A stretch of 63,863 bases of DNA, the filler included, from Ministeria vibrans ATCC 50519 (Eukaryota; Protista; Filasterea): assembly GCA_943704425.1 (NCBI GenBank). It is 6 parts of 6 records of this genome, joined end to end, with 100 filler letters (N's around TTAATTAATTAA, not from the genome) between each part and the next. Parts side by side here need not be neighbours in the genome. Positions count along the whole stretch, not along the records: positions 29,424 to 61,054 come from CALSCP010002290.1; positions 61,155 to 63,863 come from CALSCP010000560.1; 4 more parts are not named here. One strand, 5' to 3'. The stretch's first letter is position 1. Each line of letters begins with the position of its first letter. The notes beneath the pieces were generated by a model that was given only the letters and a program-made list of their open reading frames with translations, was not told the origin of the DNA and searched no databases. The position numbers and the translations under genes were made by a program. Positions 54,005 to 63,863 of the stretch are shown here, one piece after another.

Positions 54005-57000
54005 TCATTTATCACGACTATGAAGAAACTCACGACCGGCCTTCTTAGAGTAATCTTGCTTGAACTGCGTCCGCGAGGGCTCAAAATTGGCACTATCGAC
54101 GGAACCAGAACCATAGACGGCTTGAAATTGTGTGCTGATGCCCGGGCCGCGCTCTCTTCGCGCCGTCTTGAACCACTTCTTTCTAAACAATATGAGCCAT
54201 TTCAATTTTAGTGTTGATACGTATCACGTTGGGTCGGTCTCACCGTTGCCTTTGGCGGGAATATCGGTTAAAGAGAGCGACTGCATCACGCGTGATAAGC
54301 GAGCGGTCGTCGCGGATGAGGCGACGAAGAGACTGTTTCTCATTGAACGCATCAAGGACGCCAACGCGGTCGTGGAACGCATAGGCGGCAGCGAGAAGCG
54401 CCGCAATCAAACGTAGCTGGTCGCACGAGCACTGCTGATTCATCAGTAGTACGCGTTGACTAACGATACACAGCGAGTCAACGAGGGACACAAGTTGGTA
54501 GTCACTTTCGTCGTAAGTGAGGAGCGACTGGCACTGCATCTTGATGAGTCGGATAAGGTGGTCAATGTGCGGGCTCTTCTCCAACTTCTCCCGCAGCTCT
54601 TTTTCTTCCACCCCATCGCGAAGAAGCTTCACTGATTTACGCGTTTGCGGAGGGTCTGTGGCGCACAGGTGCCGGCAAATGTACAGCAAACTGAACGCGC
54701 GCTCACTCACACCATGGCTCTCGTACAACCTGATTGCGACATCAAGTTTGCCCGACATCACATACGCTCGAATCAGCTGGCCCCATACAAAGCCATCAGG
54801 CTGATCCAACAGCTCAGGATGTGCCTTCCACTGCGCCTCGTATTTTTTAAACTCCTTGATTGCCTTCTCGAAGCGCGGAATCGGGAGCGAGTTATAGGCG
54901 TCCAGCAGTGTGCCCAGCGAGCGCGAAGAGGGTCGCATCTCCCGGTCGGGATGGTCAAGTAACAACTTGGCGTATTCCCCTTGGAGCTTTGAGCAGTTCT
55001 TTCGATGCAAGTACATCAGTGCGGTAATGGTGCACTTCTGCTGTGGAATCGACCAGTCCTCGGCCATCGTCTTCGCGATACTCTCTGCAGCCTCTTTGTG
55101 CCCATGCTTGACTGCCGCACGAATCAACGCAGCCACGTCAAAGTCGCCCAGCCCAGTGCAAAGTCTGCCTTTAACAGCATGTGGAATTCCTTTCAAAAAG
55201 GCCTACTCAATACAATTATATATTGTTATGAACAAAAACAAAAAGAGGTAGAGTCTCTTACGTTCACGTTTTGGAAGGGGTCATGGCACATTTCAACGGC
55301 AAGCGCAAGGAAAGGTTCACGTAGGTAGGGACCAGGTATGGAGGGATCGCGGCTCAAACAAATTAAAACAAACGAGCGGCGTGCGCGGTCAAATGCGGTG
55401 TTGAGCTCAAGGCGATTGGTGTCAAAGTGAGATGCTACAAGGAAGCGTAAGTGGGACTGGTGACGGGTTTGAGCATCGCGCGATGAAAGCTGTGCAACAT
55501 CACTCCTTCCATCGCCTCCCTGGTCCAACTCGTAGGCACTCCGAATCATCCTGTTAACAAGTTTCTCGAACTCCGAAGTAGCCATGCCCGCGAGGGCTCT
55601 GGATAGGGCAGTTTGCCAGCCGTGTGAGCGCTTGCCCAAGAGTGATTTGGGTGTCGTACGTGCATACGATATCGCGTCTTTCACCAACCAGTGAAGCATT
55701 GGCAACTGACGCACACGGAGAAGCTTGTTGACTGTGTCGTGGTAGAACAGGTCGGGGACAACGTGCAGGAGTGAGGCGAGATCAAAATCTCCAAATTCGT
55801 CGAGATGTTCGCACGTTAAGATGCGCTCGAGAGGCTCAACGCGCACACACGGTGACTGAAAGTACGCGAAGAGTTGAAGGAGACGCCCAAGACTCCGGTT
55901 CAGGCCTGGCTCTTCGTTGCTGCTGAGCGTTGCAAAGGCACGCGCGACATATTCAAACAGGGCATCGCTGAAATTAAACGGGAGTTGCGCGTCAAGGTCA
56001 GACAGACTGAGCCCGCCCGAGTTGGGCAGCAGCGTTAGGTAGTGGAAGGAATTCTCGGAGCGCTTGAGGATCTTGTCAAGAATGGAGATGCGAGTGACAC
56101 CAGTCGCGCTATCCGCTAGACTTGGGGTGCTAGACGCTTGCGGGAGGTCTGATTGGGCCGTGACATTGGCACTAGCGGCAACTGAGGGGCTGGCAAAAGG
56201 CGGAAGCGGAGTGGGAGAGGGTGGGACAATAGTGGTGGGGATGGAGGGAGCGTGAGGTGACAGCAGAGTACCCGATGTCGCGGGCTGTTCTTGATCCGAC
56301 GATGAGCGCCCCAGAGCAAGGTCAAGACGATGATTCGCAAAGTCGACGAGAAGGGTTCGATGCTGAGACAGCTCGTGAAGCGAAACAACACACATTGCCT
56401 CGGCGCACTTGCCGACTGGTTCGCAGGTTGCGGTGAAGACAACGTGCACTTTCTGAAGCATCGACTCCGGATCTGTGAGCAATTGGCACAGTTTGTCACG
56501 ATCTTCCACGTTGGTGCATTCGTCGAGACCATCAAGAATGATCAAAATCAAAGACGGAGCATCGGACGACTCTAACACGCTGGTGAGCGGTTGTTGCACA
56601 AGGCAACGAAAGTGCTTGGAAATGTCGTTGACGGTCGTCTCAGCAGCCCACGAGAAGTCAGATTCTTCACAGGTGGCGGAGCTTTGTGTTGCGTCTAATA
56701 GAGCGGTCTGAAACCCAGCCACTCGGTCGCAGAGTTGGTCACACAAAGAGCGGAGGGCATTGGGCGCCGAGCAGCGCTCCTTGTCGCCGGCAGCAAAGTG
56801 GTGCCGCACCGTGACTTGCTCGTTGCCGCCCTTCTGCGAGTGCATGGCATATAACCTTGCGGCAAGAGTTGTCTTGCCAGTGCCGTGGTCTCCATAGAGC
56901 CAAAAGAACTGCTTGTCGCGCCGCCGCGACTCAAGCTCGTCGACCAAGTCGTCTGTGTTGACGAAGTCATCGTCGTCCAGAACCGCGTCCTTGTCGTCGT

Positions 57001-57742
57001 AATTGAGCGGATTGCACGCGCCCTTTCGTCGTTCAATGGTTAACAGGCGCTTCTGGATGACGGTGAGCCTCTCGAGCACGTCCTTATCAAAGACATACTT
57101 TTCGTTCTTCTCCGCCAACTGCAACAGAGTCCTCAGCTCCGCCTGATTGGCATCGGCAGTGGGAACGCCGCGAAGAGCAGCGGCGACTAGATCTCGACGC
57201 AAAGGAGCATCGCCGAGAGAAAGGAGATGGGTGACATCGTCGGGAGACACACCAATGGCCAGGAGCAATTTTTCGAGACTGGTCTGGGTGTCGGTAAACT
57301 CTTTTTTGCTCAAGCTTAACTCGCGACCAAAGTGTGCCCACCGGTTGCGGGATGTGCGTAGATTCTTCGCCTCGGTCTTGACTTTCGACTCTTTGCAGTA
57401 TTCGAGGAAGTTGAGGACGACAGAGACATCGCTATCGATGTGACTCGCGCTTTTCTGCTTGCGGACGCTGGCCTCTTCCCCTTTAAACTGGGCGACAAAC
57501 AGTTTGGCGACGTCCCATTCGTTCGCAATGCACTCACTGACAACATTAGCCATGACAGGAGCTCTCTTATAGATATGTAGGGATTTGAAAGCTTCCACGA
57601 ACTGCTTTGGGTCGCCCATGGAACGACTCAATTTGTTGTGAACGCTTTGAGCAACACCGAGCGCAAAGCGGCGCAGATGTAAGTTGAGAGCTTGCTCTAA
57701 TATGTAAGCAAAATTCAACCAATTGGCGTGACTGGACTCCAT
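54005..57742 (-). CDS. NLR-like protein: HEPN (CXorf38/DUF4559-like) + NACHT/STAND NTPase + PPR-like repeats (~1200 aa, at least 3 exons)
   Basis: RNRWAH at 57332-57349. Walker A FWLYGDHGTGKTT at about 56870-56893 and Walker B LIILDGLDE at about 56520-56545. GT-AG introns 55203-55261 and 54183-54243 join the three ORFs in frame. PPR-like units include FVWGQLIRAYVMSGKLDVAIRLYE. Confidence 0.8.
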
Positions 57743-59241
57743 TGCGATTGCTAAAAGTTTGATTGGTATTTGGCCGTTTCCCCGTAACCTTGAACTTCGT
57801 CTGGTGGCGGTGACTCAGGTCCGACTGAGTCGTGGCGAACCACCGCAAAAGCCTACACTCGTCTCTAGTTTGCCGGTGGTCGGTTACCGGTTATAATGGG
57901 CAAGAAACGCGTAGTGGGAGGGCGTTGATACTCAAGAGTCGACTGCATCGTTCGGCGCAGAAAAGAAAAGAAAATGAAGAAAACGACAAAAACTCTGTAG
58001 TGGATTGTGTGTTCGACTCCTCTCACCTCTGCACTACGTCCACTAATATTTGTTTTTGGAGTATATAGCGCAAATTTTTTTGAGAAGCTCGATCTCACGA
58101 TCTGGCTGGTGCGTAACTATTTTGTGGAGGGGGCGTTTAATCGTTAGCTTTTTTTAAAATTCGAATCTCTCCAACAACAAACCGACATAGGTACAGACAC
58201 CGCAACACTTTAGTTACCCATATGAGTGCGCAACGCCCTTTCTCGTCGCGTTTTAAGACGAAAACCTAAACTTCACCTAAACCATTCGTTTGACTGAAGT
58301 TTGACTTTCGCCCTGTGTTTTCACGCTACTGGGCGGTGACCGGGAGATTGGGACATCGGGTCACGTTTGGGTGAGTGGGCGACAGAGGAGCATGTTTGGG
58401 GGTGTTTCGGCGCGCCATCGCGCCATGCGTTTTTTTAACGAATTTTTTGTTCATTAAATTTTTTGTTGCAAAGGAGCAGAAAGATACGCACTCGTCGTGT
58501 TTTTGGCTGCTGTGTGGCCCCAAGGGCTCTCTATTGTACTTTTATGATGGTGGCAGCAATAGCGGGGTTAGAAAGGTTCTGGATTTGCCTGGGAACTTGA
58601 GCGTTTTTATTAAGTAGCTGCTTTGCCCGAACTTTGCCCATTTTTTCACACATACCATCTTTGATCTTCTCTGTGTGTTTCTGATTCAATTTTGTCATTC
58701 ATAATAACTCATTATGGAAGGTAGGCGTTGTGAGGTGTAAGAGGGGATATGAAGTCCATTTTTTTTGTTGCGATTTGAAGAAGATTTGAAATACCCCACT
58801 GAGGGAACGTTTGTCTCTGTCCTCATCTTTTCAAATTCTGTTATATCTCTCAATACGGGAGGTGAACCTGGTGGGGGTTGGGAGCGGCGAGGCTTGTAGT
58901 GAAGCGGGAAAATTTTCACGGGAATTTTTTTCCCTTTTGACGTCCTTGCTTTGGACTCGCTTGGGCCTTCGTGTTTCTGGAGTTCTGCATCGTTTTTGTC
59001 AGTGGATGCGGAAAGACTGTGTGCTCAGTGTGCGGGGTTGGAAAGCGGAATTTAACCCTCACTCCGATGAAACTCCAATTTCATTCCTCTTTTTATCTAA
59101 ATTTGAAAGTGAATCTTTCGTCGTAATGCCCTATCACTCCGTAATATAATTATGATTTTCTTCTCTATCAACCCACTATCACGTATATTTTTCTTATGGT
59201 TACGGTTCTCTCTAATTTTCTCTAATTTTTTAAAGGCGAAA

Positions 59242-60355
59242 ATGTCAGACGTTGAATGGTATTACCAGGACTACACGTCCATACACGCGATCGTCGTGTA
59301 CAGCATTGGAGGGTTCCTCTTCCTTCTCGGGCTGGTATTTCTCTTCATGTGTTCCCGAAAAGGTTCCCATGAGCCGCTGCGGGTGACAAAGGTCATCAAC
59401 TACAGCCTCTTCTTTATGCTTGAATTTACCATCTTTGCGGGCCGCCTCAACTTCCTGCTGGGTGCATCAGGAAGCTACTCGCCAATGGTGGCTGCGGACA
59501 ATCAGGATCTGGCGTACACCGGGCCCGCCTACACAGCCTCGACACCCGTCGCGGTACTCGAAGAAAACGGTTGCCATGTTCTGGCGCGAGTCAATTCCGG
59601 CAACACGACTCTCTCCGCTGCCCGCTCAAACTTGTGCGAATTCATGTTCGTTGAGGTAGACGCAACTATTTTTGTTGACGGATTCTCGCGTTTCTCCGCC
59701 GGACTCGGCATGACCGTCTTTATTCTGCTGGAGGCTACGGTGTGCATTGGATGGCTCTATGTGGCTGATCGCCATCGTAACAATGACAGTCTCTCCTGGA
59801 AGAGGCGTCTGCTCGAGTCGCTTGGCTTCCACCTTCTCTTTTTGTGCATTGCGTCGCAGCAGTCGCTCGTACTGATGCCCATTGCCAACATGCAGGTAGA
59901 AAGCATTTGTGTTTAATCTTGTGGAAAATTAAGAAAAGGCATTATCCGCCACACTCTCCTCTTTTTAGGCAAATAAATACTGTTACAACTTTGCCATGCC
60001 AACTGGTCTGTCCCTCCAAAAGGGAGTCTGTTTGCACCGCTGGGCAACATACGGTGTTCCTGTCGGTCTCCCGCTGGCTGTTGGGGGGATTGCGGTTACA
60101 GTGGCAGTTGTGGGCTCGCAGGCGGCAATTCTTGCCGTTCTCTTCGTAATTCTTGCCCTGTGTGGCATTGGGCTTTTTTCTATTTGGCTGTTTGCCGGCA
60201 TGGGCTATGGAGTGTGGATACATTTCACGACGTTCTACCAGCAGATTGTCTTTCTCGTTTCGGAACTCGCGGCACCTGCCACATTCACAATCACCGACGT
60301 CATTCTCACTGTCCTCAATATTGGGGGATTCATGTCCGACTCTACGTTTGTGTAA
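59242..60355 (+). CDS. Orphan multi-pass membrane protein (~346 aa, ~6-7 TM, 2 exons)
   Basis: Intron 59896-59968 (GT..AG) joins two hydrophobic ORFs in frame. Several hydrophobic segments, and a Cys-containing loop with an NTT sequon. Confidence 0.75.
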
Positions 60356-61156
60356 ACTCACTCGAGAGAGGTTTCTGAAAATCCAGTCAAAGAAGGTTGT
60401 GAGGAACGTGAGAGAGTAAAGGTTCAATACAGGGCGTTTATGGCATATTAATGTTCTTTTAAACTGGCAAATTCACGAAGGACGCCACTCGCGTACATCC
60501 CAGCCGCAACATTCTTCTGTACCACACAATGAGCAGAGCGACTTTACTTACTCCGTTGTGCAAAATAAGAGTCCGGCATGTTCAGAAAGATGTAGTTTTG
60601 TGTGGGTCTCAGAATGCATAACGCCGACACGCTCTTTGCCGACATCTAGGGCTATTTCGCAAGCTGTCGTTTCTTTTATAGGTACATTGAGGCCTGATAA
60701 AGCCTTAAGAAGAGAGTGCAGCGAGTTTCCTGAACACTCATATTTGACGGGTTAAGGTTAGGGTTAAGGTGCCGTCTGTAGTACGTCCAGGGCGCGCTCT
60801 ATAGCACTAACCCCAAACGCAGTGCACGAAAACACTACAGGCAGGCTTTCAAGAATGGTTGGAGGATGCGACACAGGATGGTGCGAATGCGCAGGTTGCA
60901 CTGTGGCTTGTGCCGTTTCAAGTGATGCGTCCATCGGTTCTTGTGTCAGGCATGTGGCCACAAGCGGTGCTGGAGCGTTTCAGTGAGAGTGAGCGTGTTC
61001 GTCTGAAGAAGATGGCGTCAAATGTTGTGAAAGACATGGTGACGTGGTATGAGANNNNNNNNNNNNNNNNNNNNNNNNNNNNNNNNNNNNNNNNNNNNTT
61101 AATTAATTAANNNNNNNNNNNNNNNNNNNNNNNNNNNNNNNNNNNNNNNNNNNNCG

Positions 61157-63863
61157 ACGTGCCAGAACGAAGTTGGCTCATACTGGTGCACGTGTGCCAA
61201 TGGTTACACCGGCATGGATTGCGAGTCTGACATTGATGAGTGTGCCTCGAGCCCGTGTCAGAATGGCGCGACATGCCAGAACGAGGTTGGATCGTACTGG
61301 TGCACATGTGCCAACGGGTACACCGGCACCGACTGTGAGTCGGACATTGATGAGTGTGCGTCGTACCCGTGTCAGAATGGCGCGACGTGCCAGAACGAGG
61401 TTGGCTCGTACTGGTGCACGTGTGCATGCGGATGGACCGGTACGCAATGCCAGCAGAATATTGGCGAGTGTTCGTCGGATCCTTGTCTCAATGGCGCATC
61501 GTGTGTCGATGGAGTTTGCGGTCACACGTGCATTTGCAAGCCGGGTTACACTGGACCACTGTGCGAGACGGAAGTCGACGAGTGCTTGTCGCATCCCTGC
61601 CACAATGGTGGCACCTGTATTGACGACATTGGCAGCTACATTTGCAGCTGTTTGTCAGGCTACACTGGAGCTGCATGCGAAACTAATGTTGAAGACTGCT
61701 CCTCGTCACCGTGCTCAAACGGTGGCTCTTGCGCGGACGGTGTCAATTCGTACCGATGTAACTGTGCTTGGGGTTATACGGGCGTCAATTGCGAAACGGA
61801 CGTGGACGACTGTGTCGAAGACAACTGCCGCTTTGGCGGAACATGTATCGATCTGGTGAACGACTTCCTGTGCATCTGTGCAAACGGCTACACCGGTCTT
61901 TTCTGCCAGACCGAAGTTGACGAATGTGCCTCGTCGCCGTGTCTCAACGATGCACACTGTCTTGACGGTGTTGCAAGCTATTCATGTGTTTGCCTCGCCG
62001 GCTACACTGGTGTCCACTGCGAGAGCGACGAGGACGACTGTGTGCCCAACCCGTGTGCGCACGGTGGCACCTGCAACGACGGCACGGCCTCGTTCACGTG
62101 TGACTGTCCCGTCGGGTTTACCGGCGACTCGTGTAACTCTGATGTGAACGAGTGTGCGTCGTCGCCTTGCGTCAACGGAGGCACCTGTCACGACCAAGCT
62201 GGCGCCTTCCATTGCATGTGCCCCAACGGCTACACGGGAGTTCAGTGTGAGACTCTCATTGATGCCTGCTTGTCGTCCCCTTGTCTCAACGGCGGAACCT
62301 GCACCAACACCGCAACGGGATTCGTGTGTGATTGCCTCGACAACTACTATGGCATGTTCTGCGACGAGGAGCCGTGTCTTGACGTGCGCCCACTCTCGGG
62401 TGACCTCACCATTGTGAACGGCCTGGGTACCGTCCAGGTGCGACTTACGGTTCAACCTGTCGGCGACGTCTTTGTTCGTATTGTGAGTCGCAACGAGAAT
62501 GTGCTGCGCCTGAGCAACTGTACCCTTGTGTTCACTCCGGCCAACTGGAATATTCTTCAGACGGTGACGGTACATGCTGTCGCCGATTGCACTCATGAGT
62601 ACCACGCTCTCTTGGCTGTTTACGTGGACTCGTTCGAGTCATCATCGCCGTACAATTCACTTGATCACTGCGATTGTGCAACGCGCGAAATTAACGTGTA
62701 CGGTAAGGCACAGCGCTTCCTGCACTGCTCCAGCTCGGGCGACCCACATTTCCGCACATGGGACAAACTGCGCTACTCGTACCACGCAGAGGGTGTACAC
62801 TACTTGATGCGCACACCCGACGGTCGCATTGCTGTGCAGGCGATCCAGGCGCCTTGCGGTAACAATGGACGTGCCGGCTGCAACGTTGCCGTTGCCGTCA
62901 AGTACGAGAACAGTGTGGTGTCGGTGACTATCTCGCCGACGACCAGCTTGCCTCAGCTTGTGGTTCTGAGCTCGACTGTTATGCCTGGCATGGCTATTCT
63001 TCACAAGGCGGGCAACCGCTACGTGATCAAGTTGCCTAACGAGGGTCGTGTCGTTGTGAGGCCGCGAAAGAACATTCGCACCGGAGAGTACGCCATGCGC
63101 ATTCGCATCCGAATGCCAAATTCGCTTGCTGGCTGTATGTACGGGCTGTGCGGTACCGCAGACGGCAACCAGGACAATGAATACACTGGACGCGACAATG
63201 TCGTCCAGGCCCAGACCAATTCTGGGCGCGACGTATTCGCGAGCACCTGGCAATTGCCTATGCCCAGTACTGAAAACCTCTTCAACTGGCCCGCGTGCAC
63301 GCTTGCGCCCATTTCGAGTCTGTCGTGTACTGGGGGTAGCAGCATCGGCCAGGAGCTGTTCACTTGTCCGCTCATCGACGAGGACCAACAGGATCCACAA
63401 GACATTACGGCAGCGGTGATGCTGCTTTGCCAGCAGTTCCCTGCGCTCTGTCCGCACACCACCCCGTCTGTGAGTGTGCCACCACCAACGCCAACGGCCG
63501 CCTGCGTGTTCTCGTCGTACGGCTTTGAAATTGTCGCCAAGGGTGCGTGTGCTCTTTTCCTGAAGACGAGCGCTCTTGCGCATCACTGCGACGAAGCGGG
63601 TATTGATCCGCAACCCTTCTTTGATGTGTGCGTGGAGGATGCGTGCCTTGACAACTCCCTCGAATTTGTGTTGTCCGCTGCGGCATCGTACGCTGACGAG
63701 TGTCAGAGTGTCCTTTCGAATGGCACTGTGATCCAGACGCCGCAGAATGTGCTTGATCCGTGCGTGTCGAACCCGTGCGGCTCGGGTGGCACCTGTGTTG
63801 ACTGTAAGTACGTCGGCTACGTCTGCGAGTGCCTGCCGGGCTACACCGGCCTCGACTGCGAGA
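61157..63863 (+). CDS. Large extracellular protein fragment: 11 Notch-like EGF repeats + Calx-beta/cadherin-like + VWD + C8 + EGF (open at both ends)
   Basis: One frame absent from the ORF track (no stop before the window end): DIDECASSPCQNGATC...CANGYTG..CE repeats, LVFTPANWNILQTVTV, CSSSGDPHFRTWD at about 62730-62765, GLCGTADGN, IDPQPFFDVCVEDAC...SYADEC and a final EGF. Confidence 0.9.

Noticed and set aside
60855-61054. Possible 5' gene fragment running into the gap
   Set aside because: Too short to assign, and cannot be linked to the EGF contig across the linker.
61173-63613. ORF-track proteins over the EGF region
   Set aside because: Off-frame or antisense shadows of the EGF/VWD frame.

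Overview
Compact, intron-rich eukaryotic genomic DNA with short (about 45-100 nt) GT-AG introns and (CT)n/(CA)n/(AAT)n microsatellites. The animal-like gene set suggests a unicellular holozoan, probably choanoflagellate-like (inference). The window is several contigs joined by artificial N44-TTAATTAATTAA-N44 linkers, so adjacency across those points is not real evidence. Most genes are conserved housekeeping or trafficking genes: Rab35-like, C11orf54, WDR81, MGAT2, PPAT, inactive myotubularin, SEC14L1, CK1, CDC26, an Hsp70 tail, an SLK/TAO-like tail, VPS18, an epimerase, PAM, arylsulfatase, SNF8, ankyrin-SOCS, phosphorylase kinase, PPase, a PTB adaptor and AGK. The best candidate for a new system is a spliced minus-strand gene at about 54.0-57.7 kb. 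It encodes an NLR-like protein with an N-terminal HEPN (CXorf38/DUF4559-like, RxxxxH) domain, a NACHT-type STAND NTPase and C-terminal PPR-like repeats, and it sits in an orphan-rich stretch. Also notable are a complete bifunctional PAM, a Notch-like EGF/VWD(GDPH)/C8 protein and a hidden 7-exon SP/TP-repeat gene. All family calls come from motif recognition by eye; no database searches were run.
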